From: Eubacteriales bacterium
GTDB lineage: Bacteria; Bacillota; Clostridia; Oscillospirales; CAG-272
Reading direction: 5' to 3'
DNA length: 64,000 bases
Assembly (NCBI GenBank): GCA_050946195.1
Contig: JBMNUI010000002.1
Coordinates: forward strand, 3,816 to 67,815
The notes beneath the pieces are model-generated. The model saw only the letters and a program-made list of their open reading frames with translations, was not told the origin of the DNA and did no database searches. The translations under genes were made by a program, and so were the position numbers. Positions 8,282 to 17,615 of the stretch are shown in pieces (position 1 is the first letter of the stretch; every line of letters starts with the position of its first letter).

Positions 8282-9658
8282 ATGGAGTATTGTGATAACA
8301 AAGTAGTAAATATCAAAATTGCATACATAGGCGGCGGTTCCCGGGGTTGGGCATGGACGCTGATGAACGATCTTGCACAGGCCAACGATATGTCGGGGGA
8401 AGTATATCTCTATGATATAGATTTTGAAGCGGCCAGGTACAACGAGATAATAGGCAACAGGATAGACAGTGAAAAATGGAGATATACCGCCGTCAGAACC
8501 ATAGAAGAAGCGCTCGGCGGTGCTGATTTTGTAATAATCTCTATTTTGCCCGGGACACTTACGGAAATGGAATCAGACGTACACGCGCCCGAGGAGTTTG
8601 GCATTTATCAGCCGGTCGGCGACACGACCGGTCCGGGTGGGTTTTTCAGAGCGCTTCGCACGGTTCCGATGATGCAGTTTTTTGCAAGGAAAATAAAAGA
8701 ATGCTGCCCGGATGCCTGGGTGATTAACTACACGAATCCTATGGCGGTATGTATCGGGGCGCTTTACCGCGAATTTCCCGAAATCAAAGCTTTCGGGTGC
8801 TGTCATGAGGTATTCGGGACTCAAAAACTGCTCAGTAATGCTCTTGACGACGTATGCGGGATAAAAAACGCCGCACGACGTGAAATCTGCGTCAACGTAG
8901 TCGGAATAAATCATTTTACCTGGTTTACGAAAGCACAGTACCGAAATATAGATCTGTTTGAGGTATACCGGCAGTTTGTCGACAAATATTATAAAACCGG
9001 ATATTATACCCGAACGGCCGAGAGCCGGAGCAACAGTCCTTTCGGTTCGGGAGCGCGCGTGCGTTTCGACCTTTTCAGGCGATTCGGGTATATTGCCGCC
9101 GCCGGAGACCGTCATCTGGCGGAGTTTTTGGATAAGGATGATTATCTCTCATCGCCCGAGGCGGTTGAGAGGTGGATGTTTGAACTGACGCCGGTATCAT
9201 GGCGCCGGGCAGACCGCGAGAAGCGGATTGCCAAGAGCAAAAGGCTGCTTTCGGGAGAAGAAAAGTTTGTGCTGCACAAATCGGGCGAAGAGGGGGTTTT
9301 GCAGATGAGGGCCCTGCTCGGGCTTGATACGCTTATCACCAACGTAAATCTGCCGAATGTCGGCCAGATACCGAATCTTGAGCCGGGGGTGATTGTTGAA
9401 ACAAATGCGACATTCCGGGCAAATATGCTAAGTCCCGTGCAGTCGGGGAATATCCCGGAGAGTATTTACCCTTATGTCAGCCGCACGGCCGAAGAAAACA
9501 GCCGTGCAATTGATGCCGCCTGCTCGCGCGATAAGGAGTATGCGTACAAAGTTTTTGCCGAGGGGCATCTGCTCACGGGACTTGACATGCGGCAGAGGCG
9601 GCAGCTGTTTGACATAATGTTTGAGAACACCAAAGAATATCTGCCCGAGTTCAGGTAA
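8282..9658 (+). CDS. glycoside hydrolase family 4 (LplD/alpha-galacturonidase-like)
   Basis: N-terminal NAD fold IAYIGGGSRGW. Contains the GCCHEV motif. 458 aa. Confidence 0.82.
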   Translation: MEYCDNKVVNIKIAYIGGGSRGWAWTLMNDLAQANDMSGEVYLYDIDFEAARYNEIIGNRIDSEKWRYTAVRTIEEALGGADFVIISILPGTLTEMESDVHAPEEFGIYQPVGDTTGPGGFFRALRTVPMMQFFARKIKECCPDAWVINYTNPMAVCIGALYREFPEIKAFGCCHEVFGTQKLLSNALDDVCGIKNAARREICVNVVGINHFTWFTKAQYRNIDLFEVYRQFVDKYYKTGYYTRTAESRSNSPFGSGARVRFDLFRRFGYIAAAGDRHLAEFLDKDDYLSSPEAVERWMFELTPVSWRRADREKRIAKSKRLLSGEEKFVLHKSGEEGVLQMRALLGLDTLITNVNLPNVGQIPNLEPGVIVETNATFRANMLSPVQSGNIPESIYPYVSRTAEENSRAIDAACSRDKEYAYKVFAEGHLLTGLDMRQRRQLFDIMFENTKEYLPEFR

Positions 9659-9766
9659 AAGCCGGCCAACGAAGGTTTTATTCTATGACAATGCACGCAT
9701 GGTCCCGGACAGTGTTATATAACCGCGATTCACAAAGAGAATTCAACTACAGGGAGAGGTTGGAAT

Positions 9767-11275
9767 ATGAGTGTCAGGAGAATTATCGCTTTATTATCCG
9801 GCTTATTTGTTTTATCAATCCTTTTTGTTTCGTGTTCGACCGGCGGGGATGAGAGTGACGAAACCACGACAACTCAAGCCAATCTGTCGGCAGAGACCAC
9901 ACAAGCCGATACCGAGGAAACTACCGTCTTGCCCGAGCTTGATGTTCAAGACCTTGGTGAATACGAGTTCAAGGTGCTCTGGCCCGAACAGCATCCCGAC
10001 GGGCATTTCATGCACAATGAGATAGCGGTAGAGTTTGATTCGGGAGATGTAATAGATTCAGCGGTATTTCAGCGCAATCTTGCTGTTGAAGAAAAATATA
10101 ATGTCAATATTGTTTCTGTGCTCCAATGGTGCAGCACCGTGTCAAAGACCATCAAGAATGAGCATCTTGCCGGGGAAAAGAACTACGATGCCTTCTGCTC
10201 GCCGATTGCAATGGTAACCTCTATAGCACTTGAAGGCATCTGTGCCGATTACTATGATATGCCGTATTACAAAGAGGAATATGTGTGGTGGGACTATGAC
10301 ATAATGGAGGATTTCTCCATCGGCAAGGCAAAGTATTTCGGCACCGGGGACATAATAATCAGCGACAATTTCTATCCTTATTGCGTGTTTGCAAACCTTG
10401 ATATGTATGAGGATTTCGGTTTTTCCGAGAATCTTTATGACCTTGTAAGAAACAAAAAATGGACTGTCGACAAACTGATGGAGCTGTGCAAAAATGTTCC
10501 CTCAAGCACAGACAATACTTGGAATTATGAGGACAGGTACGGTATTCTTGTAAATCAATCGACCGCAAAAGCCTTGTTCTACGCTTTCGGAAAAAATGTT
10601 GTAATTCTTGACGATAAGGGATATCCGCAGTGGGTCATGACACCCGAGTACACGCAGGATGCGCTTGATAAAATTATTGAACTTTTCCACAGCGGCAACA
10701 TAGCATACAGCACCGACGACGATATCGGCCACAATATGCCCGGCTTATCCCACGCACAGACGGCTCTTAAAATGTTCAATAACAATCAGGCGCTTTTCTA
10801 CGCCGAAGAGCTGATAGTTTCGGAACGCTTAAAATACGCAAACACCAACCTGACCTTTGCGGTTCTGCCCATGCCGCTTTACGATGAAAGCCAGAGCGAA
10901 TATTGCTGCGTATTGAATGACGCGGTGGTGGTTTGCGTCCCCGCCAGTCAGGACCTTGAACGCTCGTCGCTTATTCTCTCGGCCATGGGCAGGGAGTCGG
11001 TAAACACTCTGACGCCGGCATTCTATGAAAACGTGCTTACATACAGGTACATGACCGACAGCGATTCTGTCGAAACCCTTTCTCTGATTCTCAGTTCCGC
11101 AAAGGCTCCCGATATCGCAACCCTTCTTGATTACGGCAAGGTAATGTCGGGATTTAAAAAGCTGGCGCTCGAAGGCTCTTCGAATTTCGCATCTGTTTAT
11201 AAGACTGGTGTTAAGATTGCTGAGATTGAAATAAAGAAACTGATTAATATGATTGAAAACAATCAAGGCAGATAG
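9767..11275 (+). CDS. lipoprotein, large family-1 extracellular solute-binding protein (LplA/LipO-like), paralog 1
   Basis: Signal peptide plus lipobox LFVSC. Shares FQRNLAVEEKYNV and NKKWTVDKLMEL blocks with the 11420 and 15221 genes. Ends in TAG. Confidence 0.7.
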   Translation: MSVRRIIALLSGLFVLSILFVSCSTGGDESDETTTTQANLSAETTQADTEETTVLPELDVQDLGEYEFKVLWPEQHPDGHFMHNEIAVEFDSGDVIDSAVFQRNLAVEEKYNVNIVSVLQWCSTVSKTIKNEHLAGEKNYDAFCSPIAMVTSIALEGICADYYDMPYYKEEYVWWDYDIMEDFSIGKAKYFGTGDIIISDNFYPYCVFANLDMYEDFGFSENLYDLVRNKKWTVDKLMELCKNVPSSTDNTWNYEDRYGILVNQSTAKALFYAFGKNVVILDDKGYPQWVMTPEYTQDALDKIIELFHSGNIAYSTDDDIGHNMPGLSHAQTALKMFNNNQALFYAEELIVSERLKYANTNLTFAVLPMPLYDESQSEYCCVLNDAVVVCVPASQDLERSSLILSAMGRESVNTLTPAFYENVLTYRYMTDSDSVETLSLILSSAKAPDIATLLDYGKVMSGFKKLALEGSSNFASVYKTGVKIAEIEIKKLINMIENNQGR

Positions 11276-11333
11276 GGCTTAAATAAAGAGGAAAAACGGC
11301 TCAGGCGTGGTTGCTTTCATATCAAGCATATAA

Positions 11334-11369
11334 ATACCCCCGGTGTGTCCGGGGGTATATTTTTTTTTA
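11334..11369. terminator. terminator between convergent SBP genes
   Basis: ATACCCCCGG-tgtgt-CCGGGGGTAT followed by T9. The upstream side is A-rich, so the opposite strand also has a weak T tract. Confidence 0.7.
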
Positions 11370-11419
11370 TCAATTGGCGGCAGGAGAGCAGGCCGCCGCG
11401 TCCCCTGCACTCGATTGAA

Positions 11420-12895
11420 TCAATCGAGATTCTTCATTCTGTCGTACAGTTCTGTAAGCGCCTGGTCGATAATTTTTTTGCTTGACGACCAAGTTGAGGC
11501 CAGGTTACCTGTGGTGTAGCCGTTGTAGAGAATGCTTGCAATATTGGTGCCGTAGGGTTCTGAGATGTCGTATAAAATGGTGCTCTTTATAAGGTCGAGC
11601 ATCTGCGAGGCGGTTTCCTCGTGAACCCGCTTTGTTTTTATTGTAATCTCATAATACGCCGACATGACCGTCAGGCTCGACTGATATGCCCAGTACTCCA
11701 TGATGATGCCCACCCTGTCGTAGTCCATGTCGCAGTTGGGTATCGCCCAGATAAGCGAGTATTTGTCCATCTTGTGATAATAGCTTTCCTGAGTCTCGTC
11801 ATACTTGGGATTGGGCAGCACGCCGTAGTCGGATTTCATGTCCTTGAATTGATGGGCAATTCCCATGTTGCCCTGAATAAAGAGGAAATGGTCCTGTGTG
11901 AAGAGCGAGCGGCCGTAGTCATATATATTTGCAAAATTCGAGGTGTCGGCGCCTGCTGAGGCCTGCTGATATGTGATTGAATAATTATTGTTGAGCAGCA
12001 CGCTCGCCACTTTTGACATGATATCCAGAGTCTTTTCGTTGTATGCATTGGTGGTCAGCGTACCGTCGGGATTTGTCTCGATGAATTTGATGCCGCAGCC
12101 CACCAGAAGGTGCATGATGTTCCCGTTTGAAGCGCCCTCCTCGGCCAGCAATCCGTAGGTATCCTCGGCGTTCCATACTCCGTCGCCGTTGTCGGTTGAG
12201 ACCGACTGAACCATGCTGAGAAATTTGTCGAGCGTCCATTTGTTGTTATGTACCAGATCATAGGGATTCTCAAGGTTGTAGTCTGCTATCAGTTGCTTGT
12301 TGAAATAGAAAAAGCGCGCTCCGGCAAGATTGCTCACACTGACATCGTTGGCCATAAAGAAGAGCTTGCCGGCGACCTCGTAGTCACGAGCGCAGTTTGC
12401 ATCCCAGTATTTCTGTGTAAAATCCACATGTTCAAGGCTGTTGAAATTATAAAAGCAGCCCTCCTGTGCGAGCGGCCCCAGATAGCTGCGCCGGTCGAGC
12501 ACAAGGTCAAAGGGGACATCCCCTGATTGAAGATATGTACGGATTTTTTCGTACGGATTACTCTCTTCAATTGTAGATATTTTTACACTGTAATTCTCCT
12601 CGACCGCAAGGTTGCGCAGATAAACCGCTTCGGACATTGTGTCGACTACATTGTCGCTGACGATATGCATCCCGGGATAGGAACCGGCGGACGAGGACCT
12701 TGCGTAAACGACAAAATCTGCTCCGCCGTAGTCGGCATCCGGGAATACCGGGGTATTGTCGGTTGTGGTTTCCTCGTTGGTATCTGAGGCTGCCGGGACA
12801 CTGGTGTCGTTGTTTGTTTCGTTGTTCGTCGTGCAGCCGGCTGCAGCGACAAGCAAAAGTAGAATCAGAATTAAAGCCGCTACCCTGACTTTCAT
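11420..12895 (-). CDS. lipoprotein solute-binding protein, paralog 2
   Basis: Start moved to ATG 12895 (MKVRVAALILILLLLVAAAGC lipobox, GGAAGGGG RBS). Shares YLRNLAVEENYSV and NNKWTLDKFLSM blocks. Confidence 0.7.
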   Translation of the reverse strand: MKVRVAALILILLLLVAAAGCTTNNETNNDTSVPAASDTNEETTTDNTPVFPDADYGGADFVVYARSSSAGSYPGMHIVSDNVVDTMSEAVYLRNLAVEENYSVKISTIEESNPYEKIRTYLQSGDVPFDLVLDRRSYLGPLAQEGCFYNFNSLEHVDFTQKYWDANCARDYEVAGKLFFMANDVSVSNLAGARFFYFNKQLIADYNLENPYDLVHNNKWTLDKFLSMVQSVSTDNGDGVWNAEDTYGLLAEEGASNGNIMHLLVGCGIKFIETNPDGTLTTNAYNEKTLDIMSKVASVLLNNNYSITYQQASAGADTSNFANIYDYGRSLFTQDHFLFIQGNMGIAHQFKDMKSDYGVLPNPKYDETQESYYHKMDKYSLIWAIPNCDMDYDRVGIIMEYWAYQSSLTVMSAYYEITIKTKRVHEETASQMLDLIKSTILYDISEPYGTNIASILYNGYTTGNLASTWSSSKKIIDQALTELYDRMKNLD

Positions 12896-13063
12896 AGATG
12901 GCCCCTTCCTTTCCCTTTCAGATAAATAATTGTCCCGAGTGGATTGCTCTTTATAAATATTATACCAGTTACATAATATTGTCAAGCGTAATCAATAATC
13001 CCATTGCAGAGCCATATAGGTTTAATTTTAACCCTCTGAAGAATTTTGTGTGTTCGATGTGCT

Positions 13064-13384
13064 TTATATCCTGCGTGTCTGCTCATCAATCCAAGACAAA
13101 TATGCGGCGCTCCCTTTTTCTGCATCAAAAAACAGGATTTCGGGCGTATCATACGGATGAAGCTCAAGGAGTTTTCGCTCAAGTTCAATATACAGCTCCT
13201 CTTTGGTTTTGAACAGCACTAAAACCTCGTCCTCGTGGCAAAGTTCGCTCTTCCATATGTAGTGGCTTTTTATCGGAATTTCCTGAACGCACGCTGCGAG
13301 CCTGCATTTGATAATTTCCTCTATCACAGGCTCTGCCTGCTCTTTGCTTGCAAATGTGGTCAGAAGTATTCCGTATTTGCCCAT
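13064..13384 (-). CDS. cutA: divalent-cation tolerance protein CutA
   Basis: 106 aa. Contains CRLAACVQ..PIKSHYIWK..LHPYDTPEI, typical of CutA1. Confidence 0.8.
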   Translation of the reverse strand: MGKYGILLTTFASKEQAEPVIEEIIKCRLAACVQEIPIKSHYIWKSELCHEDEVLVLFKTKEELYIELERKLLELHPYDTPEILFFDAEKGSAAYLSWIDEQTRRI

Positions 13385-13388
13385 ATTT

Positions 13389-14180
13389 TTACCTCAAACC
13401 GTGCTTTTTCAGAATTTCGATGAGCCCGGCAGGATCGTTGCTTGTAAATAACTCTGCTCCGCGCTCGACCGCAAGCAAAACGTCGGCTTCGGTGCGCACC
13501 CCGGCACCCACCCACGGGTGAATACCGTCGGCCTTCACTCTTTCAAAATCCTCGGCGGGGTTTACTGGAGAGTCGCCGCGCACCCATTTATTGTTGACCA
13601 GACGCTGATTGAATAGGCAGGCGCAGTAGAGCCTTGCTTTGGTATTGCCCCCGATTTCATACGGGTAGAAACTATGCAGGCGGAAGCGGCCGTCGTATTT
13701 CTTTTCTATGTATTCAAGCAACCTGCCGTCAAAGCTGTTGGCAACAGACCTGTCCCAGAGCCCGTACTCATCAATAAGTTTTATCGCGCGGTCGGCGCTT
13801 TTACACGCAAACTCGCTGCCAAGCACGTGAATATAGTCCTTGAATTCAAAATTGAAGGCCACATTCTGCCCGATCTGCTTCATCAGATCAAGAAATTCTT
13901 CAAGTGTCGGAACACTGTAACCGGCAAATTCCTCCCCGCGCTTTCTGCCGACATCGATTTTTTTAATTTCGGCCAGGGTCATCTCATGTATTTTCCCGGG
14001 GTTGCCGGCGGTGCGCAAAAAATCGCTGTCATGAGCGATTACTATTTCGCCGTTCTTTGTCATATGAAGGTCGAGCTCTATCATGTCAACGCCGATCTCA
14101 CACGCCGAGCGGAACGCCGGGAGCGTGTTTTCGGGGAAGAGCGCCATATTGCCGCGATGCGCCGCTACTTCGATTTTCAT
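13389..14180 (-). CDS. glycerophosphodiester phosphodiesterase (GDPD family)
   Basis: AAHRGN..FPENTLPAF..IELDLHMTKNGEIVIAHD. Confidence 0.85.
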   Translation of the reverse strand: MKIEVAAHRGNMALFPENTLPAFRSACEIGVDMIELDLHMTKNGEIVIAHDSDFLRTAGNPGKIHEMTLAEIKKIDVGRKRGEEFAGYSVPTLEEFLDLMKQIGQNVAFNFEFKDYIHVLGSEFACKSADRAIKLIDEYGLWDRSVANSFDGRLLEYIEKKYDGRFRLHSFYPYEIGGNTKARLYCACLFNQRLVNNKWVRGDSPVNPAEDFERVKADGIHPWVGAGVRTEADVLLAVERGAELFTSNDPAGLIEILKKHGLR

Positions 14181-14207
14181 GTCAACACCTCGGTATTTGC
14201 CCGAAAA

Positions 14208-15050
14208 TCAATCAGAAATTTTGATGGTTTCCCCGGGCGATATTGTATAAATCTTATTATTCTTCATCTCAAAGCAAACGGGTATTGCCGTTGGATTGAA
14301 GACAATCTTGCCGTTGACGCTGAACTTCAGCGCCCTGTATGCCGCAACATAGTCGTACAATTCGATATTCGTGCAGTACCAGATATCGCTCTGCCCGCCG
14401 ATATATGAGGCAAACTCCTCAATCAGGTTCCAGTTGTTGTCCCGCTCAAACTCATAGCTATGCCCCCAGAGGTAGAAGAGCCAGGGGTCGCCGCTCGGGG
14501 ATTTTTCGAGAAACTTTTTGGCAAGGGCTGTCAGTTGATCCGAGTTGTGATGGCATGTTGCAGGGAGCCGGTGCCAGTCGCCGGGGATATCGAAGCTGTT
14601 TGTTGAGATAACCGTTCGCGAATAGGCTATTCCGCATCTTTTCAGGGTTTCGACGGCATTGTCATTGAACCGCCCATAGGCATACGCCATGCCGCGAATT
14701 TGTCTGTCAAACATATCCTCGAGGTTTTCCCTGTCGCGCAGGACCTCGTAGGTGGCAAGCTCGGGCGTAAGTTGCTCGAGGTTGGCGTGAGTGAGCCCGT
14801 GGCAGGCTATCTCCATGCCGCTGTTGACATATGTATCATATGCCGCCGAGCGGCTCATCCTGCGGTGAAACTGCTGCGGGGGATAAACTGTGCCTTCTGG
14901 TGCAAATAAGCCGCTGTTGATGTTGAAGGTCCCCTTAAGGCCGTTTTTCTGCATAATTTCAATGAGCCTGACATCAGTCTCCACGCCATCGTCATAGCTC
15001 ATTGTAAAGGCTTTTTTGCGCCCGCCCGGAAATCTCATATACACACTCAT
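14208..15050 (-). CDS. polysaccharide deacetylase (CE4/NodB domain)
   Basis: NodB motifs FTMSYDDG and CHGLTH. No signal peptide is evident. Confidence 0.78.
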   Translation of the reverse strand: MSVYMRFPGGRKKAFTMSYDDGVETDVRLIEIMQKNGLKGTFNINSGLFAPEGTVYPPQQFHRRMSRSAAYDTYVNSGMEIACHGLTHANLEQLTPELATYEVLRDRENLEDMFDRQIRGMAYAYGRFNDNAVETLKRCGIAYSRTVISTNSFDIPGDWHRLPATCHHNSDQLTALAKKFLEKSPSGDPWLFYLWGHSYEFERDNNWNLIEEFASYIGGQSDIWYCTNIELYDYVAAYRALKFSVNGKIVFNPTAIPVCFEMKNNKIYTISPGETIKISD

Positions 15051-15220
15051 CTCAAGTCACAATGCTCTCTGGCTTTTCCTCCTTATTATGTAACTTCATT
15101 ATACCCCGCCGTAAATGATTTTTCAAGTAATATGTGTAAAAAAGACCTGTTGAAGCCACAACCGGTTATATAACCCGGGGTGACGACAACAGGTCGAAAT
15201 AGTACTGCTTTCGAGTCGGC

Positions 15221-16714
15221 TCAGTTGACCAGCTTATTGTTGAGCGAGTCGAGCAGGCGCCCCAGCGCTTTCTGAAAGCTTGCGTACTCGGTTGCCCAGG
15301 AGGTCGAGCCGGACCCCACAAGGTTGCGGAATCTTGTCTGGGTAAGGTTGTCGAGGACCATTCCGTAAATCCTGCCAAGGTCAAACACAACTCCCTCGCG
15401 GACAAGGTCATACATGCCCGCCGCGGTCGGATCTTCCGAATACTTGATTTTGAGCGTAACCTCAAATATCGCGGGGGTAGTCGTCCGGTAGGCCGCCGAT
15501 GCCAGCGCCTCGAGCGTCGCGCTTGCCAGGTCCATATCCCTGATATTGATGGCTACCGAATAGAGCGTGAAGGGATTTCCGACGCAGGTAATGAAATTTT
15601 CCTGTGTCGAATCATATTTGGGCACCGGCACGACACCGAAGCTCAAGTCGCTTGCCTTCGAGAAGTTCAAGAAAGCATCCTTGGTGCGCTGGGTAAAGAG
15701 CAGCACCAGGCCGTTTGAGAACTGTTCGTTTATTGTTCCGGTGTCCTCCCTCATCCAGAGGCCGTCGTCGCTGCCGAAGAGGATGCCGTTAAGCTTGACC
15801 ACAAGGTCTATTGCCTTTTCGCTTGAGTAACTCGGGGAGATTATCAGCGTTCCGTCGCTGTTTTTGTCGGTGGTTCTAAGTCCCGAACCGTAGAAAAAGG
15901 CGTCAATCGAAAGCCAGGGAATTATGGTTCCGAACCTGTCGCCGTAGTCCTTGGTACCGTTGGCGTTGAGGTCTGTGTAAAGCCCACTGCACATTTCTAT
16001 GTATTTGTCAAGTGTCCACTTGTTTTCGGCAACCAGCTCATAGGGGTTTTCAAGGTCGAATTGTGCGATGAGGTCCTTGTTGAAGAAGGTCGCGTACATG
16101 AAATAAAGCACGTTGGTCGAAATGTCGCCCGATACGAAATAAAGCTTCCCTCCAACAGTGGCCTCGTTTGTAAGCGTTGCCGGCCACCAGGGCATGTCAA
16201 GGTCAATGTATGGCGTGTCCGACAGGTCGGAGCAGTAGCCGTTGTAGGCCAGGTTGGCAACCGTCTGGCTGTAGGCGGCCATTATGTCAAATTCACGGTC
16301 ACCCGCCGCAATGCTGTTACCGACTTTATTCGTATAGTCGTTCAGGGCGGTATTTCGGCCGGGCTGACCGATGAAATTAAGCTTTACCCCGATTCTCTCC
16401 TCGGTCTCAAGGTTCCTTTGATATATCGCATCGTTTACTATGTCGCCGGGTTCCCCGTCGGCAAAAAACTCGGGAAGCTCAACGTCGCTCCAGTAAAGGA
16501 TATTGACCGTCTGGTTGTTAAAGTTGAGGTCGTCCGGAAGATTGTCGCGCAGGTAATCACTGCTTTCGTCCGGGGTGGTAACCGTATTATCTGTGTTGTC
16601 CCCGACCTTTGACGTTCCGCCGCCGTCATCCCTGTTGTTCGTGCAGGCGGCTGCAAGAGAACAGATTATTGCCAAAGCCACAATCAGCGCGAGTCTTTTA
16701 ACCGGTTTTTTCAT
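15221..16714 (-). CDS. lipoprotein solute-binding protein, paralog 3
   Basis: Lipobox SLAAAC. Shares YQRNLETEERIGV and ENKWTLDKYIEM blocks. Its start overlaps the EEP gene's stop by 17 nt. Confidence 0.7.
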   Translation of the reverse strand: MKKPVKRLALIVALAIICSLAAACTNNRDDGGGTSKVGDNTDNTVTTPDESSDYLRDNLPDDLNFNNQTVNILYWSDVELPEFFADGEPGDIVNDAIYQRNLETEERIGVKLNFIGQPGRNTALNDYTNKVGNSIAAGDREFDIMAAYSQTVANLAYNGYCSDLSDTPYIDLDMPWWPATLTNEATVGGKLYFVSGDISTNVLYFMYATFFNKDLIAQFDLENPYELVAENKWTLDKYIEMCSGLYTDLNANGTKDYGDRFGTIIPWLSIDAFFYGSGLRTTDKNSDGTLIISPSYSSEKAIDLVVKLNGILFGSDDGLWMREDTGTINEQFSNGLVLLFTQRTKDAFLNFSKASDLSFGVVPVPKYDSTQENFITCVGNPFTLYSVAINIRDMDLASATLEALASAAYRTTTPAIFEVTLKIKYSEDPTAAGMYDLVREGVVFDLGRIYGMVLDNLTQTRFRNLVGSGSTSWATEYASFQKALGRLLDSLNNKLVN

Positions 16715-17507
16715 AGCCCTGTCCCTCCTCCATTATAATTATGCTTGACACCGCCGCGTGGTGGTCCGAGTACCAGATGCCGCCCTCGTGCGGGTCGGGT
16801 ACCGTGTGACTTTCGGCGGCGACATGTTCAAAGTTTGTGAAGATATAGTCAATCTTGGTTTTGTTGTCCCCCGAAAGCTCGCCGAACCCGTGATATGTGC
16901 TGCCGATTCCTGCCGTTGTATCCTTGAGCGGGAATTCTTTGTTTTGGGTGATAACCTTTATCTCCTCGGCGTCGGGCGGCGCGTTGAAGTCGCCGGTGAG
17001 TATAGCCCTGCCTCCGAAGGCCGAAAGATAGGCGACAATCTGCTCGCCGGATTTGAGCCGCGCGGCGGCGCTTAGATGGTCTGTGTGGGCATTGCAGACA
17101 AGGAAAATGCCGCTTTTGTCATTGTGCTTTAGATACGCCGCCGTGAAAATCCGCGGCCAGCGGCTCTGGCCGAGATTCTCAAACCGCGAGCCGGGTATAT
17201 TTGGCGCCGGGGAAAGCCAGAGGACCTCGTATTTGAGAAGCTCAAAGAGGTCCTTTTTATATGCAATCGGGACAGCCTCCCCGTGAAGGTCGGCCATGCG
17301 CCCGCAGCCGACAATTATGTAATCGCCCAGCGTCTCCCTCAGCCAGAGGCGTGCCTCGTCTGTCACCTCCTGAAAACCGATAATATCGGGGGATTCCCGA
17401 GCAATCATTTCAAGAATCCGCTCTTTTCTGTTTGGGAAAGCGTTGATGCCGTCCTTCGGGGTGTTCATCCTGAGATTGAAGGACATTACCTTGATTTTGA
17501 CACTCAT
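16698..17507 (-). CDS. endonuclease/exonuclease/phosphatase (EEP) family protein
   Basis: SFNLR..GFQEV..NAHTDH..GDFN..SDHHAV pattern of the EEP fold. GAGGT RBS. Confidence 0.75.
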   Translation of the reverse strand: MSVKIKVMSFNLRMNTPKDGINAFPNRKERILEMIARESPDIIGFQEVTDEARLWLRETLGDYIIVGCGRMADLHGEAVPIAYKKDLFELLKYEVLWLSPAPNIPGSRFENLGQSRWPRIFTAAYLKHNDKSGIFLVCNAHTDHLSAAARLKSGEQIVAYLSAFGGRAILTGDFNAPPDAEEIKVITQNKEFPLKDTTAGIGSTYHGFGELSGDNKTKIDYIFTNFEHVAAESHTVPDPHEGGIWYSDHHAAVSSIIIMEEGQGYEKTG

Positions 17508-17557
17508 CGGTTACCTCAATTATAGCACACTTTTACACTAAAAGGAATATAAAAAAA

Positions 17558-17586
17558 TTGCAAATCATCGCTCAAAATGATATAAT
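17558..17586 (+). promoter_or_regulatory. candidate promoter for the GntR/LacI-type regulator
   Basis: TTGCAA-N17-TATAAT, 30 nt upstream of the ATG. Confidence 0.6.
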
Positions 17587-17615
17587 AATTTATAAAACAT
17601 ATCAATGGAGCATAT

